From Trichinella spiralis (taxonomy: Eukaryota), in NCBI RefSeq assembly GCF_000181795.1, contig NW_003526943.1, positions 622,487-686,486 of the forward strand: a stretch of 64,000 nt of DNA, in the 5' to 3' direction. Under the pieces are notes generated by a model that saw only the letters and a list, made by a program, of their open reading frames with translations, had not been told where the DNA came from and made no database searches. Positions 12,632 through 26,269 of this stretch are shown piece by piece; positions within the stretch are counted from its first letter, which is position 1; each line of letters begins with the position of its first letter. The translations under genes were made by a program, and so were the position numbers.

Positions 12632-14003
12632 CCCTTTCAGACCAGCAATTTTTTCTGTGAAGCAAAATTTTTTTTAATATGCGTTTTAAACATGTTATGG
12701 TGTGTTTATGAAAATTCTAATAGGATTTATTGTTTGAATAATATTATTGCCATTTTTAGAGCTGTATCAAGATTGATACACTGGGCCTCAAAGGAGTACA
12801 CGTTTCTATAACTAATTGTGCATACGCTTATTGTTCTTATGTACGCAGGCATGCAGTAATTGGCAGGCAAATAATTATTTATGAAATTCTGTAAAGCAGT
12901 TTCTGTTGCTACTTAGGCATAGGTAAATACTGCATTTTTTGCACAGACACGTCGCTAATTTAGAACACAGTCTGCATCTTCTTCGCGTTTGAGTGATTTC
13001 TGGCCAGTGGCTAGTTTGGTCCTTTGCTACTTCTCTTGAGACGTCAGTTGGTCGTCTTCCCAATCGTCTTGACGTCAGGGGTGGCGTTGGAGAAGACGCA
13101 CGAGAATGGCTTCTGGAAGTTCACAAGACACAAGGACTGACTAACTTGGCAAGTGAAGCTTAGTAGGTCCAATGTGCCTGTGCATGTTACAGGCATCTCT
13201 TTTCTGTCCCTCTTATACAGTTGCCATGCATTTGTCATGGCAGTGCTGATGATCCAAAAGAAAATGCGACGGGTCCATTTTCGACTTTTGTGCTCGATGC
13301 GGTATAGAGCAGCAAGCATGTTGTTCAGGTCTATGCCACCCATATTCATGTTGTAATTTTTTTAATGTTTGGGATTCCAACGTTTAATTATTGACAGGTG
13401 CATGGGGCAGCAACTACCAAATCACAGCAACTACTAGACGTGTAGTGAGGACGCGATCTCAGTAATAAATATGAGCGATGGTGCAAAACTTTTAGAAATG
13501 TTATTGATTGCATCTGACAATAATTCATTAGACATCCTAAATGATTTTTCTCAGAAAAGTAATACGGGGTTGGGCAAGCGAATCTGAGTACGCTGAGGGT
13601 AGTAAACATGATGCGCAGTTTCCGTTAAAGCCCAGTGTATCAAAATTGATACAGGTATTCTAAGGAACTCTACTCAGCACCCCAAAATCTTTAGAGGCTG
13701 CAGTTAATTTTAACATCATCTTCACATCAGCATCTACTAGTAAAAAAATTATTATCCTTAAATTCTGTTCAGTTCTCAATTTATACATCAAAATGCAAAT
13801 TCATGTTTTTTCGTCTCACCTACCTGTACAGCAGGGCGCATTATAAAAAATCTACTAAGATGAGAAAAAAATGGCAATAAAATATTGTTAAGACAAATGT
13901 CAAAAATACATAAACACAAGCATGGCTAACAAAAACATTTCAGTAAATAGCTATGGGGCATAAAACATTATGTATCAAAATTGATACGGTGGGCCCGAAA
14001 GGG
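12632..14003 (-). mobile_element. piggyBac-family DNA transposon, internally deleted non-autonomous copy 1
   Basis: Termini CCCTTTCAGACC ... GGCCCGAAAGGG, flanked by TTAG on both sides. It carries a frameshifted transposase C-terminus (MGGIDLNN, KWTRRIFFW, Cys-rich CRLC..CKKC..LC..NCFTEFH) and is highly similar to 54520-56104. Confidence 0.93.
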
Positions 14004-14722
14004 TTAGAAAATGGCATATTTTTTAGCATGGAAATTAGGCAATCATGTGTGTTATTTTTCGCCGCGAATATCACTGATGACACCTCATGCATTACATAAT
14101 GATTATGAGTAAAAATTAAATTATTGGTATTGAATATTGATTAAAATAAGTAATATGATGATTGTTTGTAATGTTCATTTTATTTTGACTAAAGTGAAAA
14201 TTATTAAATGCAAATTCTATCATTAAGTATCCCAATTTTACATTTCAAATTTTTTGTTAACCTTTTTCTATCGTCACAATAAAGAAACCTAATTCCACAG
14301 AAATTTTTTTAAATTAAAAAGCATCCCATAAGTAGTGCCGTCTCGATTTAATACAGAGCGCATAGCACTGCATTAAGCTGCTTGTTTTTCAAATTTCTAG
14401 TTGTTGCAAATTTGAAAGAAGTCACTTCTTTCCACTAACTTCTGCTAAACAATAGAAAGTTTGTAGAAATAACTGTACCTGAATGAGAAAATCAGCATTT
14501 TATACATGTGCAATCAAGTCATGTGAGAATATTTTAAACATTTTGACTGCTTAAAAAAAAAATTTTTAATGTTACCACACAGACCGTCATTCTTATTTAC
14601 AGCATGACTTGCTTGTAGCATTCCTTCGTTGTTAGCTTTCCAAAATATAATAGCAAAATAACTTTATAATTTTTAATATTTTAAGCATTTTAATAACTTT
14701 ATAACATTCAAGTGAACAATTT

Positions 14723-15132
14723 TTAACGACTTCTTGTTTTCCCCAAAGTTCTCTTTCCAGAATATAAATGTTTAGGCATTTTAGAATAAATTCTTCTATC
14801 AGCTTCTCCAACTAATGCTTTACGTTGGAATTTCTTTTGCGATTTTCTAACCAAAGATTGTGCCTTCTCTCTCATCTAAATAAACAAAACATCAATTTTT
14901 CATATATAATAGTAAAAAATAATTTAAATTACCGTCTCATCCTTGATGCCTTTCTGATCACGCGAAATCGATGTACCGCGCAATCCCACAGCAGATGAAT
15001 CTCTTCTAATTCGCTTTGCTTTCGGTGCCACAGAACTTTCAGATAAATGATGCTAAATATTTTTAAAAATCATTTTCAGTAATACTTAATAATATTGTCT
15101 AGTAAATCATTATTTGAATTATAAAAATATAC

Positions 15133-15173
<41 letters not shown>

Positions 15174-17481
15174 CCATTCGTTTGTTTCCAATATGCAAAC
15201 CACGATCCTGCATTTCTTCTTTCAGACGAACAACGCTTCTTTCTCTCTATAAATACCATTAATACATATTTCAAATTACATACATTGCAAATGCTATTCA
15301 TTTTACAATGTAAAAATATTTCATTAATACTGTCATAAGAATTAATAAACCATTGCTTACTTTTCTTCCTTGACGAGGCAATCGAGGCTTTTGATGTGAT
15401 CTTCGTTCTCGTGATTCCTTCATGATCAACATTTGCTTTTTACGAATTCTACAAAGTAAAAAAGTTTTTTAAATACATTTATAGTAATGCAATTATCAAT
15501 CCAGTTATACAATGCAGCTTGTTTCTTTAAAGCTACTGCGCTTTCATCGTCAGTATCACTTTCACATTCGTCATATAAGCCAGCTTTTTCTCGTAATTCT
15601 TCCTCTTTCATACATGCTTCAAAGTTTTCCACAATTTTTTGATCAACAAAGTCAGCTATATTATGGCCTTCCCAAATTTCTGGAATTTTATCATATTTCC
15701 ATTCATCAGGTAACAGATAATTTTCTAAAATAAGAATGCTATTGAAAGATAAAAATCGTAGCAAATAGTCTTATAACTGCTTACTTTTCAAATCCAAAGT
15801 GTAATCATCTCCTAGTTCAGCTTCAATTTGACATTCCTATAATTATTCAAATTTGAATTTATTGTAAATCAAAATATACTGTATGTAAAATAAACTTTTC
15901 AATCTGCTCTCTTAATCTCGCAATCCATGTTTCCATGTTCACATGACTGTTAATAATATAGTATGTGAAACTCTCACAAAACACAATAAACATTAAAAAA
16001 TAAAAGATTAAAAAAATCCTATTATATTATGTTATATTATTATTACGATAATTTCATTCTGCTAAAAATGCTAAACAAATTCGAAAACTATACTGATAAC
16101 TAAAGAAGAAAAGAATGACAAAATTAAAACAAATAAATATAAATTCACTTATTAATTATTTTTATAACTGATGATATTAATATATAGTCGTCAAAAAAAT
16201 ATTACCAATAATTTTCGCTCTTTTGACTGATCAGTTAACATTGCCATCCTTTTACGTTGCACGGCTTCAGGTATAAATGGTGGTCTAGACTGAAAGTAAA
16301 AACATAAATTTAGGCAAGATTATTGGTAGAGAAAAAGAAATATATTTATACATTATTCGGATTTGGTGGCATGGCTACTTGCAACCTATTCAAAATGGAA
16401 TCTGATTTTTTTGATGACAGTTTCGCATCAATTCGATTCACCAACAAACGATCGCACGCCTATGTATATATATATACATTTATAACATTCATATTAATTG
16501 TATATAGAAATTAACATAATAACATTTTACTTCATTTCGTAAATCCATAATTCCTTCTAAAGTTACTGTGCTAATGCTAAACATTGGGAAACCTGCATCT
16601 TCCACTGCTTTCAGCAATTTCTTAAAAAAACATCTTTTCTAAGAAAAGAATAAACTTTCATGTAATGATAATATATTACCAGCTTTTCTTCAGAAAGTTC
16701 TTCCTTTCTGAGCACATCCACCTTGTTTAAACCAATCAGAACCGGCTTATTTACAAACAATGGACGAATACTTTCAAACAACGTGATCTTAAATCAACAA
16801 AAATATCAATAATAACACCTTTTAAATTGGCGCAGAAGATTCAAAAAACACACATGCCCAAAAAATCAAAATAATGTACAATAAGAAGTTCATTTACGCA
16901 ATCTCTTTTGCACGTGCAAAAAGCTGTATATAGAAATATACCTGCTCTTCTAAACCATAATGGCACTGCTCGGAAATATCCATAATATAAACAACAGCAG
17001 AATGAATATGAGCCAGTGCCGTAATAGCCTGCATTTCAATGGTGTTTCGTTCTTCCAAAGGTTGATCCAAAATACCAGGAGTATCAATCACCTAAAAATT
17101 TCCCATTACTACAAACGTATTAAAGCAAATAGCAAAGTAGAAAATTACCTGCCAACGAAGATATTTGTAATCCATATGGCCAACATACAAAGACTTTGTA
17201 GTGAATGCATAAGGCTGGACTTCAACATCCGCACGAGTCAGCTTATTTATAAGCGACGATTTACCAACATTTGGAAAACCGCAAATAATCAGAGTTCTAT
17301 AAATCAATATCAACTAAAATCAATGGCAAAACCAAACTTTCAAACGTACCTCGTATTAGGATCAATAGAAGGCAATCTTGAAAGATGCTGCCGCACTTGC
17401 TCAAGGTAAACAAAACTCTGTTTTTGTCGAGATATTATCTTCACCATTCTAAGAAAAGAATAGCAACAGCATTGATAAAGC

Positions 17482-17547
<66 letters not shown>

Positions 17548-18501
17548 AAAACAAAGTTTACTATAAAGTTAAATCCCATCAACACTTACCTTCCAAGCGC
17601 AGCTCGCTTCAGCATTTTACAACGATACAATGAGTCGCCAAATTTCATCATACGAGTATATTCTTTACCAACACTAAAAATAAAGCAATATGCAATTCAA
17701 ACTATCAGTATTAATAATTAAAATATTTACTGCAATTAAAATAGTCAAGATGTGAACGAATGCTTGAAATTATTTACTTGAATCAGTGTTAACTTTAAGT
17801 TGTAAAAATATTACTAAATTCCAAACATTTTTTAATTCTGAAACAACTTCCGAAACAAAAAAAAACTATTTCAGTGATTTAATTTTATTCAATTACTCAA
17901 ATTTCACCATCATATTCTTCGTGATTAAATATACATTAGTATCAATGCAACATAATAATAAAAAATAATATACTTATCAACAAGATGTCTAGCTGTATTT
18001 ATCTGACCAAGTGCAATTTTGTAATGATCTCTGTCGTACAAGATATTTATTAAATCTGCGTAGAACGGATGAATTTCCTATAAAATACACACACACATAT
18101 ACATATAATTCATTTATAACAAAACACAAAACTCATAACAATCATAACAAGACAGAATTGCACAGAAATATATAAAAGCAAAAAACACAACATCATATTA
18201 CGTTAAAATCTTAAAAGCATAACACTCACATCTAGTTTTGGGAATTCATCCAAAATCAATGTCAGTTTGTCATGAACGCTCTGCTGCATAAATTTCACCT
18301 TTCTAGAATAAAATTCACGAATTCGACTAATTGCATAATGCCTGTGAACTACAGTTGGTGTCTTTCTCTGGGTTTTAGAAAGAAAAATTTCCTTCATTTC
18401 CTTAAAGAAACAAATGTTTTATTTTTTTAATCATTTAATTTTTAATCCATCACCTGCGCCGTTGGAACAACTGTTATGCACTTGAAGTTGTAATGAACCA
18501 T
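14723..18501 (-). CDS. nog-1: Nucleolar GTP-binding protein 1 (NOG1/GTPBP4), multi-exon
   Basis: [35 protein letters not shown] (P-loop), [40 protein letters not shown] and C-terminal [17 protein letters not shown]. Confidence 0.95.
15134..15169. repeat. (TA)n microsatellite in a NOG1 intron
   Basis: Uninterrupted TA run. Confidence 0.9.
17489..17545. repeat. Compound (TAAA)n(TA)n microsatellite in a NOG1 intron
   Basis: Direct reading. Confidence 0.9.
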
Positions 18502-19114
18502 TTCTGCCTTTAACGTCAAATATAATAAACAGAAAAATCAAAAGTAAAGTATTTTGTTAAAACGTTGTTCGCTCAGTAAAGTTAAACAACGTTACAGACT
18601 GCATTAAGAAATGATAGTCAAGTATTACTCTACCGTAATTATGTAAAGAAAAACTAGCAAGCATATGCAATGAAACTTTATTTTTATTAGCGTTATTAAA
18701 CATTTAACGCAATTTTAGTAGTACTTAATTTATTGCAATGGTGTAACACGACAGAGATAGTTTCTGTTAAGCGAGTTACAAATGAGACAATTTAAATTAT
18801 TTTGTTGCATTTATTTAATCTTAAAGTAAACCTGATATTTTGTTAAATGACTATATTTTTCATTATAGGAAAAATTTTTGTTTTTTATTTTATTTACTTC
18901 TATGTAAAAAGCATGCGATAATTGGTTTAAATTGATAACTTGAGCAAAAACGATAAGGAATTGTTGCAATAAAGCCATTTTCGATTTTGACTGTTTTGAT
19001 GCAATTTTGAGTACTTTTGTGAATTTTTTAAAGCATAGCAAGCAAGCCATGAATATGACATTTTTTGCTTTTATTTTATTTAAATAATACAAGTTGAATA
19101 ACAATAACAAAAAT

Positions 19115-22100
19115 TTAGGGCAGTGAAGAATGAGTCACCTCTTGTCTATAACTTTTTAGAAAAGTAGCAATGTAACTAATAGGACGCATTGGCCTTATGG
19201 TTGTTATTTCAATTAATGCTTCGGTTAGCGGGATGCCAACTGTCTGCAATACACGTTGAACATTTGGCGAAAGGGGCATATTTCTTGTCAAGCTTAGACG
19301 AAATTCAACAAAAGGTGGCATAGAGCTAGTCCGTTCATGCTCAACAAGAGTTGGCTTTATCGGTTCCTTTTCTTGACCTAACAATGAGAAATGAACGCCT
19401 AAATTGCAAAGGATTTTACAAAAGAAATGAATTTTATTAAAATATATTAAACAGAAAAAGGTTCGATTTTAGTAAGCGTTTTCATAAAGCAACAAGATAC
19501 AATAGTTTACTGAAAGAAATTTAAATTTTAAATCATTTTTTCACGTATAAAATTTAAAACTACTTGAAAATAAATATAATGCATTTTAAACTTATAATGT
19601 AATGTAATGTAATGTAATGATAAACTTTAAAATAATTTTATAAATAAAAATTGTTATGAGGACTATAATATTAATTGCTAACCTGATTTTGTGCATAATT
19701 CCAAATTATCTAATGAATCCAAACTGGAGACATCAGAATTTTCGGCAGTTTCATAAGATGGCATTCGTGAAAAATTGAAAGACAGCTTCTGCGGATTCAG
19801 TAAGTAAAACTCTGGCTTGTGACCATCCTGAAACTAAACAGCATATCTATTCAAAATATTACTTTTTGTTTTTTAACTAATTTTGGCTTTAAATTAAAAT
19901 AAACAAAGAAAGGCTTTATAATAGAAGAAGGTTTTCATTTAATGAAAGCAAACTTAAATTTCTACTATAAAATTACAGAAATTGAATTGTAAGCTCATGA
20001 AAATTTATAGTGATAAAATTGAAATTGAAACTGAATACTGGTATGTGAGATGTTTTCAGTCTTCGTTATTGTTACATTAATTGTTGAATACAAAAAATAA
20101 AAGCAATAAAGCATTGCAGCTTACGCAATCAATCACATTAGGATCAGCTTCGGCTTCTTTTAAAGCTTGATAACAGCAGTTATCTTCTCCTTTTCCAATG
20201 GCATAATGAAGTGGTGTGCGAAGTTTCTTAAACATTTCAGTATGATCAGTATTATTAGAGGTTATTAGTTTTCATTATTTTTGTGATAATTATAAAAATT
20301 ATTCAGATTATAAAAAATTAGCCATTCCAAAGTTGCTTTGTTAAAAGTTCACCTTCTCTTATTTCTTATAACGGTAAAAGTATTTAATTTTCTACATAAA
20401 ATAAATTATACACTACTAATATATGTTATTTATTAATATTTAGATGAATTGAACTTACGTAATCTTTTGAATTTATTGTTTCAGGATATTTTTCTAAGAT
20501 ATAACGGAGAATGTCTTCTTTGTCACTGGCAACAGCAGTGTGAAGTGGAGTTGCACCAAAACGATTTCTTGCTATTGCCCACTTTTTAGCAGTCAACAAT
20601 ATTTTAACTTTTTCTAAATCACCATTTTCAATAGCTTCATGTATTGCCGCTATTTTTTCCTATACATTATCATCATTATATATGTATAGAACAATATCAA
20701 TTTGCTTTTTCTTGAAATGGAAGAATTTCTTATGTTTGAATAAAATTCAAAATTCTATTAATTAATGTATACTATATAACTTGATAAGAGAAAAGAAATT
20801 CATTTAGATTCAAGCATTTGCAATAATAAATGATGCATTGAATTAGTAATTACCAAATATGTGGATACTTCTTGGAGAAATGCTTGACTGGATGGGTGAC
20901 TTGAATGCCTACCAAGCAACAGGTCTCCACAACCGCTGAATACTAGCTGGGCTAATTTTGTCACGCGACCCTCCCGTAACCAAAGACTTAGCAAGTAATT
21001 GAATTCATGGGACAAATTGTGATTCTGTTTACTACAGAAACAGCGCAACGTTGATCGGTCCAGTAAATCAGGCTTCTGAATGTAATCTCTGGGTGAACAT
21101 CCATTCTAAATAGTGTAAGTTATTTTTACATTTATTCCTATTTTAAAAATTCATTATTAATTATTTCATACTTCCTTTTCTTTACAAAAATAACAACAGT
21201 ACATCAACTAGCAGCAATATAATATTCAAAAAAATAACAATAAATGGTCGCTTATGATGCAGAACACTTCTCATAGAAATTATATTTAAAGAAAATTTTA
21301 TTTTATTTACATTTATTATTTTAAATTTTAAAATTAAAATAGAAAAGAAACTTTGAAATTGAAAATACAAATATTTGAAGCAGAATTGTTGACTGATTAG
21401 TGTTTACATTACTATTCAAAAAAAGAAAAGAAGTTTAAAAGTAGTCATAATCATCATAATGCTTTATAAAAGATATTTAAAAAATTATGAAGCTGAAATA
21501 GATTCTTAATAAAAAAATTTTAATAATCCCTCTTTTTTTCAATTCAAATGTCTTCATTTTCTTACGCAATCAACGATGTCCAGACTTGCACCTGCATTGA
21601 TGAGAAATTGATAAACTTTATCATCTTGGCACTGCTGCATCACGGCTACATAATGCAAAGCAGTTCTTTTGTTCTAAACAAAATATACATTATATAAGCA
21701 CTTTTTTATGCAAATAGGTTAGACATGAAAATATTTTATCCAGAAATTATCATTATTAGTAGCAGTAGTTAATATGAAATCAATAGTCTTTTAAATTAAT
21801 AATTAACAAAGAATGTGGAAAAATTTTTTATATAATATTCTAATCATTGGTTATGATCAATAATTGTTCTAAACAACTTAAAATTATGTTTAAATTAAAT
21901 TTAGCTAATCCATTAATCCATAAGATTAATATTAAATTAATGAAATTAAATACAGTAAATAATAATGTGAATTGCATGCTAAAAGCAAAGATTTCTTGTA
22001 TAGATTTTTAATATTTCAAAAGTTTTTGAATAGTTTAGCTAAATTTTGTAATATATGAATTGGAATAAAAAATTGTTTCAGCTTAGTGTGAGAACTCTGT

Positions 22101-23020
22101 TTTATCTGTCCAAATAAACTTCTTACTTGCAATAAAACAGAAAGATGTGCAAATACTTTTAAATTCCACATGCAAAAAATTTAAGTATAGTGTATTTTAT
22201 AACTTCATAAATGAAAGATTAACTGTAAAAATTATAGATTGAAAATGAAAAGCGTTTTCAACAATTTTTCTTTTCATTCTCTGCAGTTAGTGCTGCATGA
22301 TTTGAAAGGGGATAATAATATCGACATAATGTAAAAGTGGAATATATTGATTGTTGTTATTAGTTTGTTAATATTAAAAATAAAAATAGACATACATGAT
22401 CCTGAGCGTCAATTATTTGTGGATATTTGTTAAGAAGCCAAAAAATTATGCTTAAATCATTATTGATGACAGCTTTGTGCAGTATTGTAGAACCACTTCT
22501 GTCTCTGGCTAAGGCAAATTTTTGTCGTTGTACCAATTCTTTAAGCAAAAGTAAATTGTGACATTCTACTGCTTGATGAATGGCATCAATCTTGTTCTAT
22601 AGATAAGCATATTATAATATTTTCTATTTTATTTTCTGTTTTTTTTATATTTAATTTATCACTGTCATACCTGATAAGCAGGAAGTTGACGTAGAAATTT
22701 AATGCTTGCTCTGTGTTTGACATCGTCTATTAAACCTAATAAGAGATCACCAAATCCAAGTAGAACCAATTTTTCTAAATTTTTAACATCACCTTTGTCC
22801 AACCAATGCATAATTGACCGCTCTAAATCTGAAATATGTAATTGAGTAGTTTAATTTTTTTTAATGATAAAAATTGTTCAAACTGTCACCACCTTCGAGA
22901 AGAGCGTGCGACTGTTTTCCACTGATCATGCTGCTTGACAAGACAAACATTAGCTGCTCTGATTTTCAATCAAGATGAACACCGTACACGGACAATCAGA
23001 AAATCAATGTTACCTGCCAT
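19115..23020 (-). CDS. Ankyrin-repeat protein with two tandem units and a C-terminal Dpy-30-like dimerisation motif; multi-exon, start tentative
   Basis: Exons encode GSTILHKAV, KRTALHYVA, GATPLHTAV and LRTPLHYAI ankyrin cores. The last exon reads VLQTVGIPLTEALIEITTIRPMRPISYIATFLK, resembling the Dpy-30 motif. Confidence 0.8.
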
Positions 23021-24890
23021 TTCATATTGGCAATGGACGCTCACACTGCCACAAATGTGCAGCTCACATTTGAATAGAATGAAAGCTCAAATAGGATTCT
23101 ATTGATTAACAGAAACTTTTCTCATCATTCATCTTGACAAACAACTGAATACTATTACAAACTATTCCAACTATTACAAATTCAAAATAATTACATTCTA
23201 CATTATACAACTACAAGGCATACTACAAATTGAATCTACTTTTTTGCATTTATTAAATTGAATTACTGATTTTTCTTTTTCTTTTTTTTCTTGAAATCTA
23301 CACATTTTTAATATTTAAAAATCAATCTCATAAATTAACACAGATATGAAAGTTTTATTCTTTTCTTTTTTTCCAACAGCAATTATCTTTTTTTCCTTCT
23401 CTTAAACTTAATAAAATAATTTCTTTTTAATCCAAAGCATACAAGTTTTTCAACACACTAAAATATTGAAAAATCAAAATTTAACTGATCTTTTAAAAAT
23501 ACTTATTATGCTTAACAAATCATTTCAAAATATTTACACTGATTCCATTATTTTAAAATTAGATGCTATTGTTATCATAACAATTTATAAATTTTTTTAT
23601 ATATTGTGCATCTTCATACGAATTTAATAACTGTTATATAATTACATGATAATTTTACTACATTATTATTATTATTAGTACACGACAATTAATCTGATCC
23701 AAAGAAGTTTGCATTCAAATTCATTATTTAAAATTAAATTAATTTCATCACAGTTGCAATATGCGCAATGTTTGGTTTATATTTCAAAAAACGGATTTTT
23801 TAAAATATTCGTTTTATAAAAGTTTTACTGTTAATTTATTTACTTATCAACAACATTGACTTCATATAGTGTTCGTTCGAAAGATCATACTTTGCATAAA
23901 AAATAAGTTTGTTATCAAAACATTATTCTAAATTGATGATGGAAATGATTGTAGAGGCTTTTTAAATTTCAGCTTCTAAAAAACAATCAGATTGTTGCCT
24001 GCATTTTTAATAAGAAAACGGTGCTAAAGTAAATTGTTATCAACAACAGCAAAAATGATGCAAAAATTCTCTGATGCAAAGTAAACATTGAAATGGAAAC
24101 TAATTTTACACTTAAATGAAAAATTTCTAAATTACAATATTAAAATATTTATTGAACTAAACTGCAACAAAGTGAATTATAGAAATGGAATGAATCATGA
24201 TTAACCAATTGTGACAGCTCAAAGGAAAAGTTTCATGTTCCTATCTTAGGTGAGAAGGAAAATTATTCAAATTCCCAATAGATGCATTATAAGTGTTTAT
24301 TTTATGAGCAAAGTAATCATTTTCCTGCTTTCAACATAATTCACAAGGTGTGTTCTGATCTGAATTGCTAAGCTGAGTACAATTTATTTTACGATTATTC
24401 TATTTGATCACGGTGCCAAAAATTCACATTTTCTTATCATTCACTTGTGGAATAAAAAGAAATCTCAACATCTAGCAATTTTATATGCGGTAAGAAAGAG
24501 AAATTTATTTGCCATATTTATTCAACTTAATTTTTATTTTTGGATAAATTTCCCAATTTTAAATTGAAATAAATCATTCACAGAATCGGTTTTCAATTAA
24601 AATTTATGTTGACTTAATGACGGAATATTTATTCGACATTAATATTTTGTCAGTGTATTCTTTATTGCATCTGAAAAAATTGAACATTATGCTAAGAGAC
24701 ACATTTACATACTGGTGACTTCATATTACAATTTTCATAAATTTCTGTGTAATCTAAAAAGCAACAATTCCATAATCAATTTTAAATAAAAAAATTCTTT
24801 TACGACACTATAAAATATTTTCTAATAATAGCAAAAAACTATTCTATCAGTTTTTTAGTAGTTTACGGTAGAACTTTTGTTATGCTAAAG

Positions 24891-25782
24891 CAGAGATAGG
24901 CAAACTTCTTGTATCATGTAACCTTTATGATTCCTTGATGCCTCATCGACCCCCAATCTTTTAAAATACATATTATTAATGATAAATTTCTTTATTATAA
25001 GGTACCCTTTTTACCCTTCTCGATCATATTCATTTCACCTTTACCTTCAATTATCCTTTCTTCAATTTGCATATCTGTTCCTATAATGGCCGTATTCATG
25101 TGAATAATAATGTTAATAACTTCATGATTAAGTTGAAGGTAGTTGATAATTTTTTATTTAATTACTTGGCATCGTTAATGAGAAGGATGTGGTTTGATAA
25201 ATAGCAGCAAGGGCATTGATATTTGGCTGGAGATTGGTGAGTTTTAGATGTAAACCACGCATTTCCAGGTTCAATCTGTTCCTCTGCTTTGTTCCTTTCT
25301 TGTGGTGTCTTTTGATAGTTCAGAAAATTATAAATTATTGTTATGAATTAGTTCTCCATGAAATAAACTCCTCAGATAGGATTTCAAAGTTCATATTTGA
25401 TGCTGGAGTTCATCGATCCCCCATTCGATCCCTAAGTTTTTATCGACCCCTTAGATCAGGGGTGCGCAACCTGCGGTCGTGGATGAGCGATGCTAAATTG
25501 AATAAATTTTCGGCAAACAAAGTATTTCTTGTTATGCACCTAATTCCATGCTTTTGGAATTGGCGTAAACGCGGTCGTAGGAAGATTTTCAAATAACATT
25601 AGACATAGGTAGATTTTCAATAAAATTGGATTACAATGGGCAATGTGGTTGGGCTCACATGCGTCCGTTATGACAATAAGGATGCTGAATGCAGCCTCCA
25701 GTAGCCATAAAGTTGCGCACCCCTGCCTTAGATAGTCCCATCGATTCTAAAGGGTTGATATCGACCACTTTGGCTATCCCTG
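24891..25782. mobile_element. hAT-superfamily (Buster/Charlie-like) MITE, outer element
   Basis: TIRs CAGAGATAGGCAAA / TTTGGCTATCCCTG, perfect 8-bp TSD TGCTAAAG (24883-24890 and 25783-25790), and repeated subterminal ATCGAY motifs. Confidence 0.88.
25457..25725. mobile_element. hAT MITE (269 bp) nested inside the 24891-25782 element
   Basis: Perfect 14-bp TIRs CAGGGGTGCGCAAC / GTTGCGCACCCCTG and perfect 8-bp TSD CCTTAGAT (25449-25456 and 25726-25733). Confidence 0.93.
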
Positions 25783-26269
25783 TGCTAAAGCAAGGCTTCA
25801 TTTGACTTGGGCGTTTCAGTCACGGTTAAAATTATATTGAAAAATATGCTTTTGTAGTACTTTTAAATAATTGTCATGTAATAATGAACATTTAAAGCTG
25901 TAAAAGTGAAGCTATTTATACAATAATTGACGTAAAAAAATATAACATTACGCACAATTTACTTTTAACTTTCAGCGTACCCAATTTTTAAATTTATTTT
26001 GCATAAAATTTAAAATTAAATAATAAATAGTTTCATAATTAAAAGATTTTTTGTAGTGGAAGCAGAACAATGTCAAGCAGTAACAAATTGATGTAGCATT
26101 TAAGTCATCAAATATTTCCTTTTTATCAGGTGAATTGTGAATTTTTAAAAGTAAATGCATCTAGAACGTCAAAGAACAGCTTATAACGGCATCAATTTCA
26201 AATTATTAAAAAATTTACTAAAAAGGTAATTAGCAATGTTTTTTAGCATTACAAATGCTTTAGAATATA

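Noticed and set aside
14070..14100. CTGATGA as a hammerhead ribozyme core or C/D snoRNA box
   Set aside because: No matching GAAA core with stems and no convincing partner box.
15114..15338. ORFs rich in IY repeats
   Set aside because: Translations of a (TA)n microsatellite.
25216..25596. 126-aa ORF as a transposase or gene
   Set aside because: It runs across the junction of two nested MITEs and has no transposase motifs.
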